Origin: a virus
DNA: 64,000 nt
IMG/VR virus record: IMGVR_UViG_3300029566_000004
Direction: 5' to 3' (one strand)
Shown here: in pieces, positions 43,680 through 53,589 of the stretch
Numbering within the stretch: the first letter of the stretch is position 1
Layout of the letters: each line of letters begins with the position of its first letter
Program-made: the position numbers and the translations under genes
The notes under the pieces: generated by a model
Seen by the model: only the letters and a program-made list of their open reading frames with translations
Told to the model about the DNA's origin: nothing
The model's database searches: none

Positions 43680-43708
43680 ATTATACAATAAATTTTTTAC
43701 AAAGTCAA
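43680..43708 (-). promoter_or_regulatory. Early promoter (TTGACT-N17-TATAAT)
   Basis: -35 at 43703-43708, -10 at 43680-43685. Overlaps the 3' end of ligA. Confidence 0.55.
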
Positions 43709-45673
43709 GAACTGCTGCTTAAAGTCGTCCTCAGAGATAATAGGAATATTCAACTTTTTCGCTTCAGCATTTTTAGTTGAGGTTGATGTAATATCATTGT
43801 TAATAAGATAGTCTGTCCGAGAAGATATGGTAGAAACAACCTTGCCTCCGTGCTTCTCGATATCCTTTTGAAGAGCGACGCGATTAGGGTATTGCCGCAG
43901 CCGCCCAGTAATTACGATTATTTTTCCTTCCAATGATTTCTCCACTTGCTGTTCTATTGGAGATTCCTCAAATATTATATAATTTTTTGCGAGATTATCT
44001 GCTTCATCATAATTAAATTTCATGATGGCATTATGTTTCTCCCATCCGTAATTAGGCAACGTAAAAAACTGGAAGTTATTTTTAATCGCATCTCTAAAAT
44101 TATTATACGTTTTAAACCGAATTGCTAAATCTCGTGATGCGGTTGCTCCAATTAGAGGAATCCCAAGAGCACATAGGAAACGCTCAAAGGTAGTGTGAGA
44201 ACTAGTTTTAATAGCGGTTAAAACGTTCTCTACGGATTTAGGTCCGAATCCGTCCTTTTTCTCCCATATGCTAGCATAGTCATCTAAATGATAGATGTCG
44301 GTGATAGAATTAACCCATCCCCATTCAATCAGTTGACCTAAAGTGGCTACTGATATACCCTTTGCATCTAATCCTTTTTTGCCAAGATAATGATCTAATC
44401 GATTAATTAATAAACCGGGGCAATAAGAATTAGTACATACCAGTACTTTAACTCCTTCATTCTCCTTGATTTGAGTTTTATGAGCGCAAATAGGACATGT
44501 TTTAGGAATTGTCCATCTGATTTCAAAGTCTTTACTGCCATCATTTGGACTTTTATATACTTGTGGAATTATCATATTTGCTTTATATATGCGTATCGGC
44601 TGTCCTGTATATGACGGACGTGGACCTAAAAGGTCTTCCATTACGCTAATATTATGCAAACTGGCTCGTTCTACAATAGACCCATCGGCATCAACTGGCT
44701 CAAATACTGCTACTGGTGTAAGAACTCCAGTACGACCCATTGTCCATTCAATAGACTTTAAAGTCGTATCATATAATTCGTCTTCAAACTTATACGCAAT
44801 AGCATTATTAAAATGATGTGCGGTTGAGCCAAGTGTATCACGCAAACTTAAATCATCATATTTGAATACAACGCCGTCAATTGGATAGCTCATTTTTTCG
44901 GAACGAACTTTAATGAGTTCAATTGCTGCCTTTAAATTTTCATCCTGCTTAGAGCAACACCAGTATGGAACAATCTCAAAACCATACATATCAGCTGCTT
45001 GTAACTGTGCAGAAAGTGTATTTTCGGCAGTATTAAATGGTTCAATTACGTCCCAAACCACAAATGTTAATTTGCGATTGTATGATACTTTTGCATCTAA
45101 TAATCTTATACTACCAGCTGCAAAATTTCTTGGATTTTTAAATTCACTTTCAAATTCTTTAAAATCCTTATAAGTACAAATAATTTCACCATCTAATACA
45201 ACACGTTGCTTATATGAAATATGTTTAGGAATAGTTGGATTGATTTTCATATTATGAAGAATATCCTCTCCAACATTTCCATCGCCACGTGTCTCAGCTT
45301 TTACCAACACACCATTTTCATATGTAAGAGAACAAGTAAGACCATCCATCTTTGCCATAGCTACCCATGGGACACTATTAGACCGGCCCAAGAAATCCTT
45401 AACTTCCTCTACGCTCTTAGTCTTTGCTAAAGAGAGCATAGGATGATCGTGTTTAACTTTAGAGAGGGATGTTTTTACTTCAAAATGGATTTTAGCTGTG
45501 GGTGATTCGGGCAAAATTATACCACTTAAGCGCTCCATGCGCTCAAGTTGAAAATAATTTTTATCCCAATCTGCATCGGACATAATAGGTTCACCCTTAT
45601 CATAAGCTTCCGTCGCTTGATTCAAGAAGTCTATTAAATTGTGCATTTCATTGATGATATAATCCTTACCCAT
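43697..45673 (-). CDS. ligA: NAD-dependent DNA ligase
   Basis: MGKDYIINE start at 45673 after AAAGGAG (the track start 45760 is an upstream extension). Adenylation motif AKMDG, Cys4 zinc finger CPIC..CTNSYCP, C-terminal BRCT-like region. Confidence 0.85.
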   Translation of the reverse strand: MGKDYIINEMHNLIDFLNQATEAYDKGEPIMSDADWDKNYFQLERMERLSGIILPESPTAKIHFEVKTSLSKVKHDHPMLSLAKTKSVEEVKDFLGRSNSVPWVAMAKMDGLTCSLTYENGVLVKAETRGDGNVGEDILHNMKINPTIPKHISYKQRVVLDGEIICTYKDFKEFESEFKNPRNFAAGSIRLLDAKVSYNRKLTFVVWDVIEPFNTAENTLSAQLQAADMYGFEIVPYWCCSKQDENLKAAIELIKVRSEKMSYPIDGVVFKYDDLSLRDTLGSTAHHFNNAIAYKFEDELYDTTLKSIEWTMGRTGVLTPVAVFEPVDADGSIVERASLHNISVMEDLLGPRPSYTGQPIRIYKANMIIPQVYKSPNDGSKDFEIRWTIPKTCPICAHKTQIKENEGVKVLVCTNSYCPGLLINRLDHYLGKKGLDAKGISVATLGQLIEWGWVNSITDIYHLDDYASIWEKKDGFGPKSVENVLTAIKTSSHTTFERFLCALGIPLIGATASRDLAIRFKTYNNFRDAIKNNFQFFTLPNYGWEKHNAIMKFNYDEADNLAKNYIIFEESPIEQQVEKSLEGKIIVITGRLRQYPNRVALQKDIEKHGGKVVSTISSRTDYLINNDITSTSTKNAEAKKLNIPIISEDDFKQQFLTL

Positions 45674-45703
45674 AGCTTTCTCCTTTATTTTTCTTACATA
45701 TAT

Positions 45704-45732
45704 ATTATACAAAAATATTTTTATAAAGTAAA
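45704..45732 (-). promoter_or_regulatory. Promoter (TTTACT-N17-TATAAT) upstream of ligA
   Basis: -10 at 45704-45709, weak -35 at 45727-45732. Confidence 0.45.
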
Positions 45733-45738
45733 GAAAGA

Positions 45739-45758
45739 GGGGAGAGACAAGCTCTCCC
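45739..45758 (-). terminator. Rho-independent terminator after the topoisomerase A subunit gene
   Basis: GGGAGAG-N5-CTCTCCC, followed by a T-rich tract on the minus strand. Confidence 0.65.
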
Positions 45759-45764
45759 ACTATC

Positions 45765-48113
45765 TTATATTTTGCTAACTGATTTAATCTGTTTATTCTG
45801 TATCATTAAATTGCCTTGCGCCGCACGTCCCATTAAAGGTATCTCCGTAGCCTCCAAAAGAATGGAATTTTTATCACCAAAAATAAGGACCTGGTCTCCA
45901 TCTTGAATTAAAGTAGCAGCTACAATATTATTTTCTCCCTTTGAAACCATTATACCACGTGTGCGGCGATTTTGCTTGGGAATTTCATTTAAGCGAACAC
46001 GTTTACCGTATCCACCATCAAAGAATAAGCCCAAATCATCAGTATCATTATGGATAGGCAAGACGCACACAACTTCATCATCTTCTTTAAGATTGATTGC
46101 AATATTTCCAACAGTCAATCGACTACTTGCAGCCCAATCTGTTGTAGATAATCTGAGCGCATACCCCTTCTTAGTAACTACAATTACATCTTCATCTTTT
46201 AATAATACTACATTGGCAAGTTGGTCGCCTTCGCGCAAAGTAATAGCACTTAAACCTGTCTTTTTACGCGTTCTTATATATTCTGACAGCTCAGTTTTTT
46301 TCATATAACCCTGTTTGGTAATAAAGCAAACATATTCAGAATTAGTATTTCTATATAACGAATAAATAACTTGTGCGTGTTCGCCATGTTCCATTGCAAC
46401 TAAACCATCTACTGGAATACCTTTACTCTTATTATCACCATTTGGAATATCAGCAACAGGCAAACGATACAATTTACCGCTGTCACTAAATATCATCAAT
46501 GAATCGGCAGTTGTAGTACGAATAATCATTGAAGTTAATTCTTCTTGTATCTTTACCCCCTTACCTTTACGCTTTTGAGGCTTATAGATATCAGAAGGAA
46601 TGCGCTTTATGGTATTGCCATGTGTTAATATAATCATACAATTTTCAGGAGTTATTGCTTCATCATCAGTATTTTCTAAACTAATATCAAGAATTTGAGT
46701 GCGGCGAGGGTCACCATACTTTTTAGCAATAGCACGCCATCCTTCAATTAATTGATTATTAAATTTAATTGTATCATTTAGAACATCTTCAATACGAGCG
46801 ATTTCATTTAATAAATTATTTTTTTCTTGTCTTAATTTTTCAACTTCAAGATGCGCTAAACGACTTAATTTCATATCAAGTACAGCTTGCGCCTGTTCTT
46901 CATCTAATATGAAATTTTTTATTAATGCCATTTTTGCATCAGCTACTGAATTAGCCTGTTTAATGGCAGCAATAACTTCATCAATATTAGCTAAACAAAT
47001 CAATAAACCATCAATAATATGAATTCGATGACGATATTGATTAATATCATATTCAAATCCTCGACGATATACATCTTTTTCATGGTCAATATGTGCTTGA
47101 AGAAGTTGTTTCCAAGTAAATACTTTCGGGAATCTTCCAGCATCCAAAAGTGTGAAATTAATACCAAAATAATATTGTAAAGAAGTTTCTTTGTAAAGAT
47201 AACGAATTACTTTTTCTGGTATTACGCCTTTATGCAAATATATTTTAATTAAAACAGTTTTCTTTGTTAAATCATTATGACGCTCAATGCCGGGATTATC
47301 TTCCCGTTGTTCAATTTCTTCCAACTCTTTACAAATTGTGTTTGTGTAAACACCATATGGAACTTCGGTTACTTCTAAACAATTCTCTTTCGCATCATAA
47401 TTTATAACTGAACGCAATTTACAAGAGGCTCCATGTCCATTTTTAATTGCTTCTTTTACTTCACTTGCATTTACCAGAATTGCACCAGTAGCAAAGTCTG
47501 GAGCGCAATAAATATCATCAAAAGTACAATTTGGATTTAAGGTTAACTTTTCTAAAGCTAAATTGATATCTTTAATATTAAATTGAGGTACACTAGATGC
47601 CATACCAATACCAATTCCAGTAGTACCATTAACTATATTATAAAAGCCCTTAGAAGGCAAAACTGCGGGATACTGTTGTGTGTCATCATAATTGTTGCGC
47701 CATTCCGCAATTGTATCTTTTTTGATATCAGTAAAAAGATAATTAGAAAATTCACTTAAACGCGCTGATGTATAACGCATAGCTGCCCAGTTTCCACTTT
47801 CTATTGGAGAACCTCCATTGCCTTCTACTTCAATTAGAGGATAACGCATGGCAAAAGGCTGGCCCGCACGCATAATAATGCCTTCCGCAGAAGTATCACC
47901 ATGAATATAAAAATCAACCATTGCCATACCAACAGCATTAACAGTTTTCTTAAATGAATTAGTATGGGTTAATTTATGTGAATGCATTGAATAAAAGATC
48001 TGTCGTGCAGAAGGTTTTAAGCAATCTCGCGCATCTACAAGCGCACGAGACTGCAAAACAGCTCCGCTATATTGTACGAAAGAATCACTAATTACTTGTT
48101 TTAAATCACTCAT
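45765..48113 (-). CDS. Type II DNA topoisomerase, subunit A (GyrA/ParC-like)
   Basis: LKPSARQIFYSM and active-site AMRYTSARL. C-terminal beta-pinwheel-like repeats. 782 aa, no TAG. Confidence 0.85.
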   Translation of the reverse strand: MSDLKQVISDSFVQYSGAVLQSRALVDARDCLKPSARQIFYSMHSHKLTHTNSFKKTVNAVGMAMVDFYIHGDTSAEGIIMRAGQPFAMRYPLIEVEGNGGSPIESGNWAAMRYTSARLSEFSNYLFTDIKKDTIAEWRNNYDDTQQYPAVLPSKGFYNIVNGTTGIGIGMASSVPQFNIKDINLALEKLTLNPNCTFDDIYCAPDFATGAILVNASEVKEAIKNGHGASCKLRSVINYDAKENCLEVTEVPYGVYTNTICKELEEIEQREDNPGIERHNDLTKKTVLIKIYLHKGVIPEKVIRYLYKETSLQYYFGINFTLLDAGRFPKVFTWKQLLQAHIDHEKDVYRRGFEYDINQYRHRIHIIDGLLICLANIDEVIAAIKQANSVADAKMALIKNFILDEEQAQAVLDMKLSRLAHLEVEKLRQEKNNLLNEIARIEDVLNDTIKFNNQLIEGWRAIAKKYGDPRRTQILDISLENTDDEAITPENCMIILTHGNTIKRIPSDIYKPQKRKGKGVKIQEELTSMIIRTTTADSLMIFSDSGKLYRLPVADIPNGDNKSKGIPVDGLVAMEHGEHAQVIYSLYRNTNSEYVCFITKQGYMKKTELSEYIRTRKKTGLSAITLREGDQLANVVLLKDEDVIVVTKKGYALRLSTTDWAASSRLTVGNIAINLKEDDEVVCVLPIHNDTDDLGLFFDGGYGKRVRLNEIPKQNRRTRGIMVSKGENNIVAATLIQDGDQVLIFGDKNSILLEATEIPLMGRAAQGNLMIQNKQIKSVSKI

Positions 48114-48279
48114 TTATTATTACCTCTTTCGCCTTTAAACAAACGCGATATGGATGACCGCCAGTAGGATAAAATACTACATTATGTGTTTTTGCGGTAA
48201 AAGTAAAGTCAGCTATTCCTATTCGATTAATATATTGACCAGCTATAACTTTTACATGTTTAAATATACGTTCACTCAT
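48106..48279 (-). CDS. 57-aa protein between the two topoisomerase subunit genes
   Basis: ATG 48279 follows GGAGGT and overlaps the subunit B TGA (ATGA). Its own TGA overlaps the subunit A ATG. Below the track's size cutoff. Confidence 0.45.
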   Translation of the reverse strand: MSERIFKHVKVIAGQYINRIGIADFTFTAKTHNVVFYPTGGHPYRVCLKAKEVIINE

Positions 48280-50138
48280 TCTGCTACCTCCGTAAAGTCA
48301 ACATTGTTAAATATAAAGTCGCGACGTGGAACAATATCTGTACCCATTAAATCATAAAGTAAATCAATTGCTTCTGGAGAATACTCCATTTGTTCAAAAC
48401 GTTGGAATTCATCAGTAAACATAGATTCCTGTGCTTCCTCAGGCTCCAATGTGCCCAATCCTTTACAACGCTTAATTTCACCTTTTATTTGTCCACGTAC
48501 TACATTAAATTCGTCATCATCAAAATAATAACTGCGCTTTTTACCAGTAGATACAACCCAAAGAGGTGAACGCAACCAATATAAACGACCTTCTTTAATG
48601 AATTCTGGAGCTAAATATGTCAAAGCAGACATAATTAATAATCCAATATGATATCCATCACTATCAGCATCGACGCAGATACCAAGTTTACCGTAACGCA
48701 ATTTTGAAGCATCATAGCGTCCGGGAATAATATTCATCGCACTTAAAAGCAATTTAATTTCCTCGTTTTGATAAATATCTTCCTCACTATTAGATAAGCA
48801 ATTAATAATTTTACCCCGAATAGCTAAAAGTCCATATTTCTTATAATCACGAGCTTGTGCCATACCGCCCATAGCCGAGTTACCCTCTACTATTAGAAGT
48901 GTGGAGTTTGGGCCTAAATATTCTGCATCTTTTAACTTATCAGATTGGAATACTTTGCGCTTTTGATTGCGTTCAATATCTTTTGTCGTTTCTAAAGCCT
49001 GCTTACGAGCTTTTTCTGCGGCTGCGTCGGCTTTAGTAACTCGTTTGACTAAATTAGCTACTGTAGCAAATTCATCACGATATGCTTTTTCCATCATCTT
49101 TAAAGCATTGGAAAATGCTGTTGAGGCCATGGCTCTTAAATTAGCATTATTAATTTTAGTCTTAGTTTGATTAGCAAAACTAGGCTGCGCGACAGAGCAA
49201 TTAATTACATAAAATAAATTTGCACGAATTAATTCTCCATCATAAGTTTCACCTGTTAAAGTGTTAAATGTACGGGTAATTGCCATTTTTGCGCCTGTAA
49301 TCGGGGAACCTCCTTCAGGACAACGTAAACCATTTACGAAAACGTATGAGGTTTCATGCTTACTACCCCATTGAAATGCTATTTCTAACTTATCGGTACC
49401 GTCAGTTACAGTTTCATGAATAATATGCGGGTGAATCGGGTTTTTTAGATTATCTTTTACAAAATCTATTATACCATTTTTAGCATAATGCGTTATTTTT
49501 TCACCTGTGTTTGAATTATATAAATTAAAAGTAATTCCGCTATATAAGTAAGAAATATTTTTAATATCTTCGCATATGCGTTGAAAGCTGTAATGAATAG
49601 GTTCATCTTTAAAAACTTCTGGGTCTGGAGTAAAGCGAACGCATGTTCCATTAGCGTGTTTAGTTGGATATTCATGATAATCAATTAAATCGCCTTTGAA
49701 AAATATAGCTTTTGCCATTTTCCCATCACGGCAACTTTCAACAACAAAATCATTAGAACTTAAACAGACACATTTTGCTCCGATACCATTTAAACCTGAA
49801 ACATTTTTATATACGCCTTCTTCAAATTTACCACCAGTGTGAGATTTTGAATAAATAGATACTAAAACATTTTCTCCATTTTCACGGATACCAAAAGGAA
49901 CACCACGACCATAATCTTGGACTTCAATGGTGTTATTGTCTTCATCAACGCTAATATCAATTTGATTTCCATATCCACAGAGGGCTTCATCGGTTGCGTT
50001 GTTAATAATTTCTTTGAATGCTTGATATGTGCCTTCATTATCTGCGCTACCGAGATACATTTGAATACGAGTTCGAACGCCTTCTTTAAAACTTAATGAT
50101 TTTATGTCGTCGATACCGTAATTATTTTTTCTTTCCAT
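48276..50138 (-). CDS. Type II DNA topoisomerase, subunit B (GyrB/ParE-like)
   Basis: GHKL ATPase region (GLNGIGAKC, HTGGKF) and TOPRIM (EGNSAMGG, IRGKIIN, DADSDGYHI). 620 aa. Confidence 0.85.
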   Translation of the reverse strand: MERKNNYGIDDIKSLSFKEGVRTRIQMYLGSADNEGTYQAFKEIINNATDEALCGYGNQIDISVDEDNNTIEVQDYGRGVPFGIRENGENVLVSIYSKSHTGGKFEEGVYKNVSGLNGIGAKCVCLSSNDFVVESCRDGKMAKAIFFKGDLIDYHEYPTKHANGTCVRFTPDPEVFKDEPIHYSFQRICEDIKNISYLYSGITFNLYNSNTGEKITHYAKNGIIDFVKDNLKNPIHPHIIHETVTDGTDKLEIAFQWGSKHETSYVFVNGLRCPEGGSPITGAKMAITRTFNTLTGETYDGELIRANLFYVINCSVAQPSFANQTKTKINNANLRAMASTAFSNALKMMEKAYRDEFATVANLVKRVTKADAAAEKARKQALETTKDIERNQKRKVFQSDKLKDAEYLGPNSTLLIVEGNSAMGGMAQARDYKKYGLLAIRGKIINCLSNSEEDIYQNEEIKLLLSAMNIIPGRYDASKLRYGKLGICVDADSDGYHIGLLIMSALTYLAPEFIKEGRLYWLRSPLWVVSTGKKRSYYFDDDEFNVVRGQIKGEIKRCKGLGTLEPEEAQESMFTDEFQRFEQMEYSPEAIDLLYDLMGTDIVPRRDFIFNNVDFTEVAE

Positions 50139-50614
50139 TTATCATGCTCCTTATCGCCATCGGCTGACGCTAAACGATCTGCAACTTCATTCCATTTAAC
50201 GCCGCTATGACCTTTTACTTTTTCTAATTGTATACGATAACCTTTTTTATATAATTCATAATATTCTTTTACAATATCAACATTTTCGGCTATCTTTCCA
50301 GAACTATTTTTCCAATCATTATTAGCCCATTGAAACATCCATTGATTAAATGTGTTAACCGCGTATGCACTATCACTAAAAACAATTGGAAAGTTAAAAA
50401 GAAAACTATCTAATGTAGTTGCTTCATAGATATTAATTCCATAATTCTTTAAGCAATACAAGACAGCTTTCAGTTCTTCGCGATTGTTTGTTGTGTTTTC
50501 ACATCTCTCTCTATATATATTATAGACAAAATTTTCGTGATTGTCAACTGCGATTACTCCGAAGCCACCTGGACCGGGATTTGGATAGGCACTTCCATCA
50601 CAATATATCTTCAT
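50102..50614 (-). CDS. rnhA: Ribonuclease H (type 1)
   Basis: MKIYCDGS start at 50614 after GAGGGTG. Catalytic-residue contexts DGS, NNREELKA, SDSAY, GHSG..NE.AD. Confidence 0.8.
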   Translation of the reverse strand: MKIYCDGSAYPNPGPGGFGVIAVDNHENFVYNIYRERCENTTNNREELKAVLYCLKNYGINIYEATTLDSFLFNFPIVFSDSAYAVNTFNQWMFQWANNDWKNSSGKIAENVDIVKEYYELYKKGYRIQLEKVKGHSGVKWNEVADRLASADGDKEHDKWKEKIITVSTT

Positions 50615-50861
50615 TTTTATCACCCTCTTCAAGCCAGGCTAATTCCATTTCTAACCATTTCTTATAGTCCGCTCGAGAGACGGCATCAAGATATACACCT
50701 GAACGCACAGCAATTACCAAATGTTCATTAAACTGCTGATGAAGAGCTTCAAAAACTTTACGAGCTTCTTCATAATCAATTTCATCAGTAAAGCGTACAA
50801 GAATAATATCGTTTTCATTAACGGGGAAAGATGTTATTTCATATTGTTCATTAGCTGTCAT
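50598..50861 (-). CDS. Hypothetical protein (87 aa)
   Basis: ATG 50861 lies 8 nt after AAGGAGG (the track starts at TTG 50867). Confidence 0.5.
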   Translation of the reverse strand: MTANEQYEITSFPVNENDIILVRFTDEIDYEEARKVFEALHQQFNEHLVIAVRSGVYLDAVSRADYKKWLEMELAWLEEGDKNEDIL

Positions 50862-50885
50862 ATACAATACCTCCTTTACTATATA

Positions 50886-50914
50886 ATTATATCATAAAAT
50901 TTAATTTTTTGCAA
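50886..50914 (-). promoter_or_regulatory. Early promoter (TTGCAA-N17-TGATATAAT)
   Basis: -35 at 50909-50914, -10 at 50886-50891. Confidence 0.55.
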
Positions 50915-50921
50915 TAAAAAT

Positions 50922-50953
50922 AAGCCATAGGATATTAAGACATCCTATGGCTT
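50922..50953 (-). terminator. Rho-independent terminator
   Basis: 12-bp stem AAGCCATAGGAT / ATCCTATGGCTT with an 8-nt loop. Confidence 0.7.
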
Positions 50954-50968
50954 ATGTAATTATTATTA

Positions 50969-51364
50969 TTAATTTTCTTCATAGTCTTCATTCATTTTTT
51001 GCTCAATATTATCAGATGTTGTATAATTATATTTTAATGCATTTGCTTCTTGTTCGAGTCGAGCGTTTAATTCTGTCATGACAGATTCATATTTAACTCC
51101 ATCTTTTGTGTTTTCTTTGGTGGATTTTCTATAGTAAAAACCTTGACTAACACCGTAAGCAGTCCAAGGGAGACCAACCATTGCAGTTAACCAAGGCAGT
51201 TCACCAAAATATGCATTTTTAACACATATATAGGCTAAAATAATAAAAGAAAGACTAATTACCCAAATTAGAGCTGACTCTTGGATTAAAAGAACTTTAG
51301 AAAATTCTTTTTTTGGCTGTGCTTTTTTCTTTCTTTTGGTTTTGACTTTCTTGTTTTTATCCAT
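50969..51364 (-). CDS. Membrane protein (131 aa, two predicted transmembrane helices)
   Basis: Lys-rich N terminus, then VLLIQESALIWVISLSFIILAYI and LPWLTAMVGLPWTAYGV. Confidence 0.55.
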   Translation of the reverse strand: MDKNKKVKTKRKKKAQPKKEFSKVLLIQESALIWVISLSFIILAYICVKNAYFGELPWLTAMVGLPWTAYGVSQGFYYRKSTKENTKDGVKYESVMTELNARLEQEANALKYNYTTSDNIEQKMNEDYEEN

Positions 51365-51390
51365 AACTTTAATCCTTTCGAGAAAATAAA

Positions 51391-51411
51391 AAGGGGGCTT
51401 TTAGCCCCCTT
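51391..51411 (-). terminator. Rho-independent terminator
   Basis: AAGGGGGCT-TTT-AGCCCCCTT, followed by TTTTATTTT on the minus strand. Confidence 0.7.
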
Positions 51412-51416
51412 ATATA

Positions 51417-51878
51417 TTAGTGACGAAGTTTATTTACTTCATCCAAATTAATCCAACAAGGTTTATTAAAAATTTTACCGAAATGATCCCATTCTGTTTC
51501 AATGAGTAAACGATCCCCAGGATTGCATGTTCCTACCTTATTGCTCTCCACCGTAGGATTATCGTAAACTGTTATTTCGCCCTCTTCATGAACAAGCACT
51601 GAATAAGGAAGTGCAGTATACATAATATAATTACCATGAGATTTTTTTACATAACCAATTTTATTTGGTTGATATCTTAAAATAACTTTAAAATATTCTT
51701 GATTAAAATCATCAATAATATATACACTTTGATGATAGCTTAAAATATCAAGTACGTTAGGACTCTTTGTCTCTGTATCAGGACTATCCATTACAGAAAC
51801 AGTCTTAGTCTGAGCGGTATAAATACCAATAATTCTAGAATGCTCAGGTGCTTTAGTTTTGTTCTTAAATAAACTCAT
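51417..51878 (-). CDS. Hypothetical protein (153 aa)
   Basis: Intact track ORF in operon. Confidence 0.5.
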   Translation of the reverse strand: MSLFKNKTKAPEHSRIIGIYTAQTKTVSVMDSPDTETKSPNVLDILSYHQSVYIIDDFNQEYFKVILRYQPNKIGYVKKSHGNYIMYTALPYSVLVHEEGEITVYDNPTVESNKVGTCNPGDRLLIETEWDHFGKIFNKPCWINLDEVNKLRH

Positions 51879-51892
51879 TACATTTTTCTCCT

Positions 51893-52311
51893 TTAAGTTA
51901 ATTTTCTTGCCAAATCGGCAACTTTACTACGATGAACATATCGTAATTCAATTTCGCCATATATATCAGTATTGCGGAATACTTTTGACACTCTTTTCAT
52001 TCCATTATGAATACCAGCATATGCGGGTGAATCAACTTGTGTTTTATCATCACCATCAATAATACATATTGAATTTTCACCAATGCGAGTGAGCGCAAGT
52101 TGCATCATATCTATATCCAAATTTTGAGCTTCAGAAATATATACACCACTATTATCAGGTGTTTCATATCCACGAATATCAGATAAAGGCAATAAAATCA
52201 ATTGTTCATTATCAATTAATGCCTCTACCTCCATACGACTACCTAATTTACTAATTAATAAGTTACCAATTTGTGAATCAAGTAATTTTTCATCACGAGT
52301 ACCGGGATAAT
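51893..52311 (-). CDS. PhoH-like ATPase, exon 2
   Basis: (Y)YPGTRDEKLLDSQIG.. completes the LG(F/Y)xPG..EK motif. Contains ISEAQNL and GDDKTQVD. Confidence 0.7.
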
Positions 52312-53589
52312 CATTTTAAAGCCTTATATTTTTCAATATAAGATAGACTATATCTTAATTTCGGTTTAATAAAGTTTTATATAAATCATATTTTCTTTGT
52401 ATATACATAGTAGAATCGTTATAAAGAATATCTAAAATTTTTGTTACCTATTTATATCCTCTCCACTGACAATGCCAAGCGGTAGTATAGAAAGGCTTAT
52501 TATGTTCTGTTTTATTTATTAAATTATCTATTAATAAAACAAGTTCATTTGCTATACCTTCATGGTAACTTGTAAAATTTAAAGTAACATCGCTACTTTT
52601 ATTTTCACTGAAACTTATACTACCATCTCCATCAATTAATCCACGTATAAAATCCCTTAAAAATTTTTGTGGAATATTTTTAGGAAGAGAATTAATTTCA
52701 TAGGTTTTATTTGGTACTATATTATATTTTTGTAAATCTTGATATATTTGTTCATCACAAAATTCTAAACTATAGCATTGATTTCCTCTATTATCTAAAA
52801 TTAAATCACTATCAATCTAAAGAACAGTTTTTAATTTATCTAAGATATCTCTATCTTTAGCCTATAACGATATTCTAATTCGCCCTTGCTTTCCAGGAAT
52901 TTTACTAACATTACCATCGGTAAAAAGTAAACCTATGAAATAAGCTTTATCTGGAGAGTCTATACAAGAAAAATAGTCACTAATTATTCTTTTGTTAACT
53001 CGATTGGTTGTCTTTTTAGTTAAACCCAATTCTTTTATTAAATTTCTTAAGGTTTCTTTATCCCAACCAAATTCTTGAGCCAATGTTTTTAAATCTTCAC
53101 TCTCTTCGCAATAGCGTTGTTTCAAAATTTTTAACTGTTCATTAGTTAAAGTTTTCTTTTTTCTTCCGCCTCGGATAGGAATATTAGCCTAAACTATAAA
53201 TTCTCTAACTTGTCGATAGTTATACTTTGAATTTTGTGATAACCAAGTAATGGATTTACCGTTTACATATTCTTGAATAATTTCTTCTTTTGTCATTTTG
53301 ATTTCCTTCTTTCTTAAAATATTTTCTATTATATATAATTTTTAAAGAAAGAAGTTTTTCTTTTTTTGTCCCGAAATTTCCTGCGCTTCGAAAAATAATT
53401 ATATTTTTCTACTCCCTTGCGGGATAGTCGTTGAACCTTCCTCTATTCGAGGCTTGGCTGCTGATTGCCCAATCTTTTTAATTTTCATACTTTCACACTT
53501 AGACTTATTTCATTCTTATGTTGTAGTTTAAAAAGCTTAAGGGGTTTCCAGCAATTCACAGGATTTTACTAGAGCTTATCCCTTTGTTA
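52312..53589 (-). mobile_element. Group I intron in the phoH-like gene (1278 nt) with a LAGLIDADG homing endonuclease gene
   Basis: Exon 1 ends ..CTA GGG T (U) and the intron ends ..AAAATG (G). R element GTTCAACGACTAT (53424-53436) lies upstream of the ORF. S-like GATATAGTCTA (52344-52354) is near the 3' end. Confidence 0.7.
52355..53296 (-). CDS. LAGLIDADG homing endonuclease with N-terminal HTH (313 aa), four in-frame TAG
   Basis: ATG 53296 follows GAAGGAAA. Motifs YFIGLLFTDGNV and FIRGLIDGDGSI. Track ORF 52862..53125 is the central fragment. Codon count matches the coordinates exactly when TAG is read through. TAA at 52355. Confidence 0.75.
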
